NCBI GenBank assembly: GCA_964247055.1
Contig: OZ176050.1
Span: forward strand, 14,942,001 to 15,006,000
Length of the DNA stretch: 64,000 bases
Reading direction: 5' to 3'
From: Paragordius varius
Lineage: Eukaryota; Animalia; Nematomorpha
Of this stretch, positions 38,801-53,800 are shown one piece after another (within the stretch, counting starts at the first letter, position 1; the number at the start of each line of letters is the position of its first letter). Both the position numbers and the translations under genes were made by a program. Under the pieces are notes generated by a model. That model made no database searches, was not told the DNA's origin, and saw only the letters and a list, made by a program, of their open reading frames with translations.

Positions 38801-41800
38801 ATTGTTTGAGGATGGTTACTGTCATCAGGGCAGCCAACTAATTCTTTAAGGTTAGGGCGTGGATGGGTAAGTTTATCGAAAGGTCGCAATTTTTTATATT
38901 TCTTAATCATACCCTTATGGATGTCATCAAGATTCTATATATATATGCATATATGGCAAACAAATTATAGTATGTGCATTTTAATGGTAATTGCTTATTT
39001 CACAATAAATGAATTAATTTTGCTTAAAACTTTATATGTTTTATTACAAAAAAATTTAAAATTTTATAATTAAACATAACAATAAGCAAAATGTATACCT
39101 TAGTTTTATCCAACGATAAGTAGGGATCTTTTGTTGTTTCTTTAATCTCTAAAATTGGAATAAACATTTTATGAAACAAATTAAATACAGTAAATAAATT
39201 GAAAATATACTATGGTCAAAACGTAAATATAAAGACAACTATATGCCTTTTTAATATCCAATTATTATTAACATATAACTCTTTGTTAAAAATTGCAAAG
39301 TATGAAATAGAGATGTATATAATGGTAACACAATCAATTAAATATTTTATCATTATAATTAAATAATTTATATGGGAAAAATTTAGATTTAAAAAAGTAT
39401 GGATGTTGTCTTTTGGAAGATAATATGTGTCTTTATATTTTTACGTTTTGTCCGTATAATTTCAATTTTCACCGTAAAAATTTATGGAAAAAAGCATTAA
39501 ATTTTATACATATATGCCCTACCTTTGTAAAATAAAAAAAGTGTATATAAAGATAAGCCTACACCCTATATTCCTTTTTATATAAAGAGCGGACTATGGG
39601 TTTATAGTCTAAAGACAAGTTTTTAAATGCGAATTTCGATTTCAAACTTTACTTACCCCAAAGAAAATTCAAATTTTTTTTAAATTAGTACATCATATAT
39701 AAAAAAATTCCATATTTAAATTATTTATTTACCAGGCGGATTTGAGCAATTGTTAGCTAAATTAATTGTGTTAGCTAATGATTTTGCTTCCTCAATAAAG
39801 GCTATCTTACGTTGTTCGCTTGATTTGAACTAAAATTTATATATATATATATATATATATAATATAAAGTACAGTAAAAATTGAATTGATACCGACAAAG
39901 CGTAAAAATATTAAAGACAAACAAATCTTTTTTTTCTAAAAGACAACCATACTTTTTAAATCTTGATTTTTTTAAAAATATAACTCTATAAATGGTGACA
40001 TCTGAAATAGAAATGTATATTGGTAACACAATCAATGATTTTTATATTTTAATTAAATAGTTTTTATAAGAAAAATTAAGGTTTGAAAAGTATGGTTGGG
40101 TTATCTTTTGAAAAAAAAACTCTATGTTGTAAACTTCAATCATAAAATAGATATGTATATTGGTAACACAATCAATTATGTGTTTTCCAATTGTTAATAA
40201 ATGATTTTATAGGATAAATCAAGGTTCGAAAAAGTATGGTTGGGTTATCTTTTGAAAAAAAACAATTGTCTTTATAATTTTACGCGTTTTTTCCGTATAT
40301 AATTTCAATTATTGTTGTATATAATAATAGATTATATATTACCAATTGATAAGGCGTTTTAGTAAACATGGATAAATGTGGTTGTATATCCTATGTATAA
40401 AATATAAAAGTATAAAATATTTATAAATATACCATTTAAATTTCAAATTCACCCTCAAACAATTCAAATTCACCCTAAAAATAAATTATTTGTTTTCGGG
40501 CAGCTAATATTACTCATTATTAATATAAAATATATCTTTGTGGCTTAGTTTTGTATTTTTTCAGTATTATTTTAATTTTGAACAAAATTTTATTATTTTT
40601 TTCAAAATATAATAAAAATAAAAGTAATTTTCAATCTTAAAAAACACATAATTTATTTTAGGGTAAATTTAAATCGTTCGAGGGTGAATTTAAATTATTC
40701 AAGTGTGAATTTCAAGTGTAAATGGTATATATAAAATTTATAAAAATATAAAATTGATTAAATATAAGAAAAAAATATGTTCAAAATATCAATCCTGGGG
40801 TGAGTATTTCACCAGCTTTCCAAGCAATCAATATTGTATGCCATTTTAAGTGATAAAATTATTAAATTAACCCATCCTTATTCAATTTAATCCACTATAA
40901 ATTAATCCCTATATTTTTTCAGATCATACAATCATATAAGGCTATTTATTATGCATTTTAACAAAATTTTGCCATATACAAAAACACACATACATATATC
41001 GTTTGAACTTGATTATTCACATGATGAGGTGAAGAAGAATTATGTTTCTCACCACTAAATGTGTTGAAAAAATTTGATGATGATTTTTTAATCAATAATC
41101 CATTGTTAATTTCTTCCTCGTTGCCATGGTGATTCCTTGAGGGTGTTTGAAATTCAAAGCCTATTACATCATTCAAAGAGCTGGACATTAAGAATTTATT
41201 ATTGTCAGAGCATTCCATTTCCGTTTTTTTTATGACAACATTTTGAGCGTCGATTTTATTAAGGGGCGTATTATTTTTACTGCTGATAATAGTATTATTA
41301 TTGTTACCTTTGATAAGATCAGTAATTTGTATAATTTTAGGGGTGTAACTCAACGTATTTGTGTTTTGAATACCTCTAGTCTAAATTGTAGTACAATAAA
41401 AATGAACATTGTATATAAAATATGAATAAATTCCAATTTGATATTATTTAATAAAAGTAAAAATTGAAATTATACGGACATGTAAAATTATAATGACAAA
41501 TTTTCTTAAACTTTGTTAATATTGTCAACGAGAACGAATATTTTATGTTAAAATAATAATTTGTATTCTCGTAAAATTTATTGAAAATCTTATTATTCTT
41601 TTCTTTATTTTAGTTAATCCATTGAAAAAGATACTCTCATGCATCGAAAATTTTGGATTTAAACTTTGTTTCACATATAGGGATATTTAATTACGATTGT
41701 TAAAAGATATGTAATTGATTGTGTTACCCATATACAAATATCCATTTTATAATTTACAGTTTTAAACAATGAGTTAGTTATAAAACAAAAAAATCAAGAT

Positions 41801-44800
41801 TTAAAAGTATGGTTGTTTGTTGTCTTTTAGATACATAATAATATGCCTTTATATTTTTATGTTTTGTCCGAAGAATTTCAATAACCCATTTACTGTAAAT
41901 ATAACTAAGAGTTCGGCGTTGCTTACAACTAACGAACCATGTAATTTTTAGCGACACACTTAAATTATATTGATAATTTACAATCGTATTGATATATAAA
42001 ATATAAATTATATCAATCAAAAAAAGTACAGTAAAAATTGAAGTATATACGGATAAAACGTAAAAATATAAAGACAATCATTTTTTTCTAAAAGAAAACC
42101 ATACTTTATAACTTTTGATTTTTAAAAATATGACTCACATTGTTTAATATAACAAAATGTAAAATAAAGATATATATAACTAACACACAATCAATTCTAT
42201 ATTTTACAATTGTAATAATTAAACGTTTAAAAAAAGTATGGTTGTCTTTTTAATAAAACCATTTGTCTATTTAATAATTTTAATCAAAAAAAAATCATTT
42301 TATATTTTCAAATTTACTGTATTATTGGGTGATTCAGGCGTAGGTTCTAAAGAAGAAACTATAACGAAATAAGCATGGTTAGGGTCAGTCGCATTGATAG
42401 AATCAAAAGCATTGGGGGTAAAACAATCCAATTCTCTGTAACTTGCATCCAACTAAAAATTAAAGCAAATTAAAGTTAATGGCAATAATGAGTATAAATG
42501 ATTTAATTTATTTAATAATAAATATCTAATTTACGGATATTTTTTTGATTTCGTTTTAATTTCTTTAAAGAAGGTTATACAATTATAACCGAAAATAATT
42601 AGATATGTATTAAATAAATTAACTATGTATATTTTAAAAATCATTTATACGCATTATTGCCTTTAACTTGATTTATAAATGCGTGATTCTTTACTTTTTT
42701 TAAAAAAATAAGGCATAGAAAATATTTTATAATGAAACTTTTTTGTGCAAAACGGTATACTCATTATAGATTTGAGAGTATAAAAATAGGATAATTAGCT
42801 ATAGCTATTTTATACTATACAATACGTATCATAACTAACTATATCCAGTAAAAATTGAAATTATACGGATAAAATGTAAAAATATAAAGGCATATATTTT
42901 TTATAAAAAAAACCATACTTTTTCAAATTCAATTTTTTATTACTTATTGTTTTGGGTTGCATAAATAGGGAAATAAAGATGTAAATTGTTAATACATACG
43001 CTCAATTATATCATTTGAAAATGTAATCAAATAGTTTATGTAGGAAATATCAAAGTTGGAAAAAGTAGGCGTAAAAATAAAGACAAAACGCAATAATGTA
43101 AAGACAACCATACTTTACTTAAACTTTAATTTATCGGCTAATTACAACAATCAAAATTTAAAATGGTTGGGTTATCTGCAATAAAAAAAATTTTTGTTTA
43201 TAAATTTACGTTTTGTCCATATATAATATCAATTTTTACTGTTAGTATTAATGTCTAAAAAACCAACAAAAAAATAAAAAATGGATATAATATAAATAAA
43301 TTATTAAGACCCTTTCTCTTTCTATAATAGACTTAAAAAATAACCAAATCGATAAAATAAAAATTGGTATACGGTTTTGCCCCCATAAATTTTACCATTT
43401 ACAATCCCAATGGACCCTTAAACAATTCAAATTCACCCTAAAAAAGCGATGCCTTTTCGGGCTAATATAACTCATCATTAATATGAAATATATCTATGTT
43501 TATAGCATAATTATTTTTTCAGTATCATTTTATTTTAAACTATATTTCACATTTTTCAAAAAATATTATAAAATTACAGTTATAATTTTTATTGTCAAAA
43601 AACGTATAATAATTTATTTTAGGGCGAATTCGATTTGTTCGAGAGTGAATTTAAATTCAAAGGTGAATTAAAATTGCCTAAGGGTGAATGATTTTTATCG
43701 TAATAACCTAAAATTAACTCAAATCCACACAGTTTTAAAACCTATATAATATATAAAATATACATACTTCAATTTGTTTGACGGTAAGCGTACGCTTAAT
43801 TATTGAAAGTATATCATGCATATTTTGTTTAACCAAAGGAGAGGGATTTGGAATGCAACATGTAAGGAGATTGGGTAGAGTTCTATATAGTTAGTAATTA
43901 TTCTTATTAATACTACAGTATGTGCATTTTAATGATGGTACCTTATTTCACAATACACTATATATAGTTGGGTAATTCGCTACACAGTAATGTATTGAAA
44001 AAAACAACTAAATAGTGAATAAACAATTATTTCCATTCTTTTATCCATACTCTTATGTCCTGTAGTGTTGTAAATTGTCCCCTACTATAGTGTTGTGTGA
44101 AATAAGCAACCATCATTAAAATGCATACTATATAGTTGTAACAAATTATATAAACTTTAAGTAAAATATGAAAAGGTCAATTACAATAAATAGAAATTAA
44201 ATTTTGCTATGGAGAAAAAAAAGGTAAAATATCAAAAAAATTAAATTACAAAAATATTTTTTTTTCTTTTAAGAGACAACCAACCAACCACCTAATTTTT
44301 ATTAACAATTTAGATATAAGTAAAGCTTTACCAACACGCATTTCAAATTCCTAATTTGCAAAATCAAAATGATGATGTCTTACAGTAATTTTTTGCGTTT
44401 CGCACGGTGAGATTTTACAGTAAAATTGGAAATGGACAAAACGTAAAAATATATAGACAAATATTTTAATCTAAAAGACAACCATACTTTTAAAAACTTA
44501 AAAGCTCACCATATAAGATACTTATTACATTTGTAAAATATGAAATTGATTGTGTTAATATTATATATATCTCTATTTCACACTTTTCCATTTAAAACAA
44601 TAAGTTAGTTATATTAAAATAATTTAAGTTTTAAATGTATGGTTGTCTTTTATGAAAAAATATTTGACTTTATATTTTTACGTTTTGTCCGTATAATTTC
44701 AATTTTTACTGGTAAGTCTAAAACATATTTAGTTTAAATCTATGTGTGCTAAAAAGCCGCCTAACTTACAGCAAAAAAACCATTGCAATTTTTACCATAA

Positions 44801-47800
44801 GAGAAAATAGTACTTTAAAATCATAATCTTTTTATATATACCATTTACAGTTCAAATTCACCCTTAAACAATTCACACTAACCCTTGAACAATTCAAATT
44901 CACCCTCGAACAATTCAAATTCACCCTCAAATAAATAACATGTTTTTTAAGATTAAAAATTACCTATATTTTAATATATTTTTAAAAAATTAAATTTTGT
45001 TTTAAATTAATATAATACTGAAAAAAATAATTAATTATGCCATAAAGATGATTTTATATTAATAATGAGTTATATTAGTTCGAAAACACATAATTTATTT
45101 TTAGGGTGAATTTGAATTGTTCGAGGGTGAATTTGAATTGTTCAAGGGTGAATTTGAATTGTTCGAGGGTGAATTTGAATTGTTCAAGGGTGAATTTGAA
45201 CTGTAAATGGTATATCAATATTCGATATAAGATCTGAAATGTGTTAAATAAAGTTAAATAATAGATTCTGTAAAACCCTTAGAGTATTAAAAATAATTCT
45301 ATTTAACATATTTTAAGAAACCTACAAAAAATAAAAAGTAATTGATATTAAAAAAAATCAAATATTTATATCGTATCATTAGTAAATTTTTTTTCAAAAA
45401 AAGAAAAAAAAGTACTGTGGTAAAGTTTCGGCAATTTTTATCATAGCTTGATTTGGTAGGACGTAACTGTAAAATAATTATACAAAATAATGAAAATGGA
45501 ACATATATATATATAAAAAATTTTAATATTTTCAAGAATAAAAATTTTTAATTTTTTTATAAATCAATTGGTCAATAGTAACTAAAAAATCTTTACGAAA
45601 GTTTAAAATGTATAAATGTGTGAATTATCCATACAAAGTGCTTTCATCCTCCCTACGGGCTAGGCCATCTCTCCATTCATTGAGTTTAAGTAAAACACTA
45701 AATTGTCGAGCATTAAAACATTTATTGTAACGTTGAAGGAGTTGTTCATAAAAGTTGGGGGTAAAACACGGTTTTTGATAAACCTAACACATATAATAAG
45801 TCATGTCATGTCATTGTAAAACAAAAAAGATTATCATACCAAAGTTACAGTAAAAATTAATATTGTAATAATTTTATGGACAAAACGTAAATATATATAA
45901 AGACAAATATATATTATTTTTTCAAAAGACAACCACACCCTAACATTTCGTCCATAAGCTATTTAATTATGATGGTAAAATTGAAAATTGATTGCTTTAG
46001 TAATATATATATATATATATTTCACACTTTGAATATTAAACAATGATTTATATTTAGAAAATAAAGATTCAAAAAGTATGGTGTTTGCCTTTTAGAAAAA
46101 GCGATAGAATTCGTAAAATAAAATCCAACAGGTTATTTTTTTCCACATCTTAAATATACAAACTCTAATCATACAGGATAAATTGAAAAATGAAGTTTTT
46201 TGAAAAAAATGCAATCATAATTTCTCAATTTATAATACCCTTCAATTAATTACCATTATGATATATTCTTTAAATTTTAAAGATACTTGGGCAAAAAAGG
46301 GTCTTTACTAAACGACCCCAACATGTTGGGTAAAATCGTTAATTTGAAAACAAAAAATGAAATCGGTAACAAAAAGATGATAAAAAAAGTTATAAAAACT
46401 TATTCTTTAAAAATCGCAAAACAAATTTACCATTTGACAAAGCGTTCGACTCCGTTCAAATACTTTATGCATTAAACCATCAGGCCCACGCCTTTCCAGG
46501 ATATCCTTGTATTCAGATTCGCGTTTTACAATTTTTTCATATTCTGTCATAGAGTTGTTACTGTTATTGTTATTGGAATTTGAATCATTTGCCTTGCTTT
46601 TTTTGCTATTGTTTGTTGAAATGTTGTTTCGTTTTTGACTCTTAACTGGTAAAGGATTTTCACCAGGCTCATGGTTGGGTTGTTCTTTTACAGTTATAAC
46701 CTCTTGATATTTTTCAACTGTTGTATTTTTATTTTCCTGATCTGTGTGGTAAAGGGATATTAAATAAAATTTATTTTATGATATCAAAAAATGATATTTT
46801 TTTGCTCAATCATGTCCAAAAATATGTAATTTAAAAAGTGTGTTGGTATCAAAAACAATTATCCCTCAACCTATAAAAACTTTATAATCAACAGTATTGG
46901 AAAACATTTATAACTCAAACTTAATTAGAGAAAGAGAATAAAAATAATAAACCAGTAAATCAACTCATATATATTAAAAAAATCCTTATTTTGTTATCGT
47001 TTTTAAAACAATTGATTTTATTAAAATATTACGCCTTATTAACTTCCTTAGAATTCCCTTCTCCAGCACTAAATCTTATATTTTTATATAATTTTTATTG
47101 TAGAAACTTTTACATCTAATACATAAGAATAACAATCTTTGATAATTAAATTTTATCTAAAATAATAACTTTCAAAACTGTAGTTTATTTACAAAAATTG
47201 AGCTTTGAGATAAAAAAAAAAGTCCTAGTATGTCAACGCGGATAAAAAAAGTGAAAAGGTGGTCTTGAAATTTAAACTGTATTTAATTTTTAACCATTGT
47301 TCAGGGCTATTTTTCGCTTGGTAGTTAATGTATTATCATTATTGTTACCAATTTTCGTTTCATCCATGGTGATTGATTTAGTTTTAATAGAAGAATTATC
47401 TTGAACTTTGTATTGTAATAGGAGTGATTTCCCGCGACATAAAATGTCATTTTTCATGCGTTCGTAAATGTATATGAGATAATGCGTATCTGAACGGGCA
47501 TAATTTATCAAGGCAGGGGTTAGGGGTCTAATAAAAAAAAATTTTTATAATCAAATAAAAAAATGAAATATACTGATATGAAACATACACATACAAAAGT
47601 TTAAAAAATAGCCACAAATAAAGTAACGCGGGTTTTATCATACTAAAATACAGTAAAAACTTGAAATTTACGGACAAAAAAATATAAAGACATCCATATT
47701 TTTTCAAACCTTAGTTTGTCCAATTAAAATGATTCAATATCAATCGTAAAATATGTAGTTAATTGTGCTACCAATTTACCATTCTCTATTTTATACTTTG

Positions 47801-50800
47801 GTGGATAGTTTAAAACAATGAGTTTTTCAATAAATCAAGATTTAAAAAGTAAGGTTTGGTTGTCTTTGGGAAAAAAAATATTTGTCTTTATATTTTTACG
47901 TTTTGTCCATAGTATAATTTCAATTTTTACTGTATAAAATATATATAAAAGTATCGTTATTCCCAAAAAAGAGTCATTCAATACGATTGAAAAAAAGGGG
48001 GCCAATTTTTGCGCTAAAAAATTAAAATTTTAAAAAATAAAAAGCATTAATTGATAAAAAACACACCATTTCCCAGTCAGTGTCAAAAAACGATTTCCCC
48101 GTAAAATAACAACAAAATTTTTTTCAAAAATTAATAAAAAATATAACTTTTTGAATGAAACTTATAATAACAGTAAAAATATTGTCGAAAATCATTTTAT
48201 TAATTGTGAAAAAACATTTCTTCAGACTTGGAAATGATGTATCTAAAAATTGTGCCATATACATATATAAATAATTTACGCCTACATTTACAAAGATTTA
48301 AACAAAATTATTTGTTAAACAATTTTTCTAAAAATATATAAGTGGAGAAAAAATGTTAGATTTTGTGTTCAAATTTTACAGTCTTATATTATGTTGAAAT
48401 GTATATTAAAATATGTATAAATGCCAATGCCCACATATATACTATTTACAATTCAAATTCACCCTAAAAAAGTTGTGTTTTCGGGCAGCTAATGTAACTC
48501 ATCATTTATATGAAACATATGGCATAGTTTATTATTTTTTCAGTATTATTTTATGATTTTTAAACAAAATTTCATCATTTCTAAATATATATAAAAATTA
48601 TAATCCTCAATCACACATAATTTATTTTAAAGTGAATTTTAATTTCTCGAGGGTGAATTTAAAATGTTAAAGGGTGAATTTGAATTGGTCAAGGGTGAAT
48701 TTAAAATGTTAAAGGGTCTGAATTGTTCAAGGGTGAATTTAGCATGTTAAGAGGTGAATATAAAGGGTAAATGGTATATATTTGTCTTTACTTAATTTTT
48801 TCATTTTGTCTTTCAACTTTACTGTGACACCAAAGTTGTAGAATTTCATTGACTTTTTTTCAAAAAACAACTTTTAACTTCGTTATTAATTAGTAGGATT
48901 GATTAAAGAAAACTAGAAAGCAAAAAATGTTTTTTAATTAATAACTAACCTTATTCTCCAATCAGCCAATTGAAATTCCTTTTGTGCCTCAACCTTGCAA
49001 TAAATGTTCAGGAGATAAGCCAAAGACTTGACAGGCAATCCTAGGACTTCAGCCGCAAAGAAAGTGTCAAACAAATTGACAATGTACAAGCTAAAATCTC
49101 GTTGGAGCCATTGTACGTCTTTATTGGCCCCGTGAAATACCTTGAAATAATTCAACAAATAAGTTAGTTATTTTTGTTGAAAAAATAGTTGAAAAAACTG
49201 ATAAAATTATTAATAGAGGTAGGCGTCATATATCATTTTTTAAATCAAAAGCAAACCATTTTTTCAGTTGTCTTTGTCTTTGATTGAATAATGCGTTTGT
49301 CTGAGTAATGGCATATCATTTACAGTTCAAATACACCCTTGAACAATTCAAATTTACTCTAAAATAAATTATGTGTTTTTCTGCAATTAAAAATTACCAT
49401 TATTTTTTAATATTTTTTTTTTAATTTGAAATTCTGGTTAAAATAATATATGCTGATAAACGAATAAACTATGTCGTCAAAATATATTTCATATTAATGG
49501 TGAGTTATATTAGCTGACCGAAAACACATAATTTATTTTTAGGGTGAATTTGAAATGTTCAAAAGTGGGTATTTGAATTGTAAATGGTATATTAAGCTGT
49601 TGGTAAATATAAGAAAAGTAGTCGGAAAAACTGATAAAGAAAGAAAATACTTTATTTTTGTACCTGACTTTTTAACCTAGTTTACCTTTTGGGGTAGTTT
49701 TATATCCCAAACAAAGCTTAATTTTGTAAATAAACAACTATTGTGATAAAAATTATTAATTTAGTAGTATAAATTTAATAATCAAACATTTTTATTATTC
49801 TTATGTATTAAAGATCTCAAATTTTTTGGAGTTTTGTTACTACTAGATTAGTCCGAAATTCAGAGCTAATACGATCGAAACGAACAGCTGATATGATAAT
49901 CAAAAATTTTACCAAAATTTCAAGAATTTTTAGATTTCATGTTAAAAAACTAGCTTAAACTTCAGAAAACATGTATATGAATAATACCAATTAGATTAAT
50001 TCAATCCTCAAAAAAAAATTTTTAAATATAAAAAAGTATGTAAACTTTAATGATATTAGGATCGGCAAATACTTCCAACAGAGCATTAAGTTCATTCCAA
50101 AGTGTAAAAGGATCTACGAGGTAATCTTTGTGTCGAGTTGATATTTGAATCAAGCAAGTTATGCCCAAATAACTTCGAAATGAATGGTGCTACAACATTT
50201 TATAATAACAGAAAAAAAAATTAGCAGGTTTTAAAAAAACTAGTCAATATTATATGTATAATATAAATGATGTAATAAGGAATAGTTTAAAAACCAAAAA
50301 ATTATATAATATTTTTTAATTTTTTGTAAATTATTTGAATTTTTCTGAGCGAAATAGCCAATGTAATAAGTTTGATTGAGAAAATTATAAAAAAACCAAA
50401 TTCTATTATAAAAAAACATTTTGTAGTCTAACTGTATTTAAACAGGCCCACCTGGCCCCTCAAATAAACATTTTAGTTTGATATAAAAGATGGATAGTTA
50501 TTATTGAAAATGTATAAAATATAAAATATTCAATTAAAAAAATCTTCAAATATTTAATAATTATTATTGAAAATGTATAAAATATAAAATATTGGATAAA
50601 AAAATCAAATATTCATTCATAAACCTCTAAACCTAAAATCAAATTTTTTTTTAAATATCAAGAACCTCTAAATCGACTGCAATAATGCGCTCGCGTTTAA
50701 GTTCAGCAATGGCGTTTTCTAATTCTTCCACAGTGCTAACAAATACAAGGGGGACTTGTTCAAGTTCTTTAGGAAACTATGTATGATAATACATGTATAA

Positions 50801-53800
50801 AAAAGCAAATTATAAATATATTCACCCTCAAACAATTTATATTCACTCAAAATAATTTTGTGATTTTAAAAATTACTTATACTTTATAAAAAAAACAAAA
50901 TTTTTGTTTAAAATTTCGTTTGAATAATAGTAAAAAATACTTAACACCATGCCATAAAAAAATAATATGTGAGTTATATTAGCCCGAAAACACATGGCTT
51001 ATTTTTAAGGGCGAATTTGAATAGTAAATGGTATTTATATATATGCGATAAAAATTTAAATAATGCAGAGAACACGTAAAGATATATAGGAAAATTCTAT
51101 CTTTTTTAAACGACAACCAACCATACTTTATTTAACATTCACAAATAATACATATCTGATTGTATTACCAATATACATCTTTATTTCATACTTTGCAATT
51201 TAAAACAATGCGAGTTTTATTTATAAAAAAACAATGCAGCGGTCTTTTGCAAAAAAAACATTCATTTGTCTTTAAATCAAATAATCAAGGAAAAAAGAAA
51301 AAAAGTATATATTTATCAATCATACATATACACCAAATATAAGACAAACCTTAATAATAATTACCACTTAAAATTATTAACTTTTCAAAGAAAAATTTAT
51401 TTCTATTGCAAAAAAAAACTAATTTATTATCAAAATTATTGAGAAACCCTGGGTTCCGCCACAATCTTAAAGAGGTCAGGGTGTGGTTTCAAACTTTCCA
51501 ATTCATTGTGATACGGATGTTTTAAACAATGTGAATTTCTTTTGGGATATAATATTTACATATGTCATATATTTACATATATATAATGATTAAAAAATTT
51601 ATATCTTATAAATTTAAGTAAATGGCGTTTAAGGCTTAAAATTAAACTAGTATTAATATATATATATATTCAATAAATGGTATATTTATATAACTTTTGT
51701 TTTTCAATCAAACTTCTTACATATTTTTCAATAGTTTAGGTCTAAATATTAGCTAATGCTATAAAAACACAATATTAACAGACAGAACGTTAAAATATTG
51801 AGAAAAAAATTTTGTTACAAAAGCCATCAACCATATCTTTTTAAACCTTAATTTTTCCTATATAAATTATTTAATTACAATTGTAAATATAGAAACGAAT
51901 ATGTAGTAATATATTATAAAAGTTTATATATATATATGTATTTGACACTTACCATTTAAATAATGAGTTATATTTTAAAAAAATCAAGGATTAAAAAAGT
52001 ATGGTTTGTTGTCTTTTTGAAAAAAAATATATTTTTTATATTTTAACGTTTGTCCGTAGTATAATTTCAATTTTTACTATATAGATGTATATGTAATATA
52101 AATAATTTACAATGGCGTGGATTCAGTCGATATTTTAGACAAATCTTTTTCTGTTTCAGGAAAGGCATGGAATTTGTGTTTAATTTTTAACATTGGGTCA
52201 AACGGTGTTCTTGAAGTATCTGACTATTGGGTGATAAAAAATATCAGCGTTTTTTGGAAAAATATGTAATATACAGCATTTTTTAAAGCAAACGCAATAT
52301 TATTTCCGTAAAAAGCTATATTTTTTCAAGCAAAAACGTCTTTTTTTTTAGCAAAAACAACATTTTTTCAAAAAAACGCAATTTTCAATAAAGAAGACTT
52401 TTTTCAACCAAACGCATATTTTTTACAAAGAACAACATTTTTTTCAAGCACATTTTGCTTGAAAAATGATTCTTTGACAAAAAAAATGTTATTGGTACTG
52501 GCAGTACAAAGCATTAAGCCATTTTATATTTTTTTGGGTAATACAGTAGCGTGTGAGATAAAATAAATATTGTCCATAATAAATTGTACAAAATTAATGA
52601 TGTGAGATGGGAAAAAGGTGTTTATAATTTCACTCTATTAGTTTTTTACCCATATGCAGCTACTGTTGTGCCGATTGACCAACATAAATATGCATATTAT
52701 ATATATTTAATCGCATTATAAATGTTTATGTGCGAATATACACTTTGATTCTAACTGGAGTGGGTAACTAGAGACAAAACCATATTTAAATTAACCTTAG
52801 TAAAAAAAGTACTGAAAACGATTCCAATTTGAGTTTATGATATAAAAGAATCAAAATTATATCAATAAGCCAAAATTTTTAAATAAAAATTAGTTTAAAA
52901 AAAGTCCATATTAAATTACTTTGATGCCACATATTTTTACAACATTTTTTTGCAAAAAACCGTGTTTTTATTATAACGCTAAAATTAATGTTAATTTTAT
53001 ATTAAAATCACATCATTAACATTAATACAAACAACAAAAGTGTGGTTTAATTTCCATTTTAATATTTAGCTAATAGCTAATTCACACATGTCATGTTGAC
53101 TAAATTTTTATCTCGAGATTTTTTCCTTATATAAAATCTTCGTTTTATATATTTCGCCTCATAAATGTTATACAAATGCAAACTTTGGCATATTTCAATT
53201 AGGGTACGTAATTACCCAATTTTAAATCGAAAGGGTAAAATAAAATTTGAAAAAAAATTATGGAATTACTTTAATGTTATAACGTAATTGAGGTCTCATA
53301 ACATGTGACGAAGTTAAAAATGATATTTTTTGTCCTGCTTTCTTTTCATTATTATTTTGCCTATCGTTGTGAGTTGTTGGAGTTTTATTCTCCAAGGAAT
53401 GGATTATGGATTCGTCTGTTTCATTGTTTTTGCAAATATTCGTGTTCTTTTGTAAAAATTTACTTTTTTTGACTCTCTAAAAATAAATTTCGATCAAGTA
53501 TATATCAATATATATCATTTATATTATCCTGAAAGTTATAAATTATTGCTTAGCATACCAAAGAGAATTATTGGTTAATAATAGTAAAAAGTAAAAAAAT
53601 AACTATAAGCCAATAATACTGCCCTTTGTTGTATGTGCTATGCTAATTTGCAATAATTAATAACTTTCTAGCAATCTAGACCTTACTTATATTATATTAT
53701 TTTTTTGCCCCAAAAAAATGAATTAACAAAGTATAAACCATCTTAAGCAACCCGATAAGAAAATAATTTTAAAAGTTTTAAATTAATTTTTAGTTTAATA

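Noticed and set aside
45105-45205. CRISPR-like or telomeric repeat array
   Set aside because: The 21-bp units are contiguous with no spacers and form one arm of a MITE.
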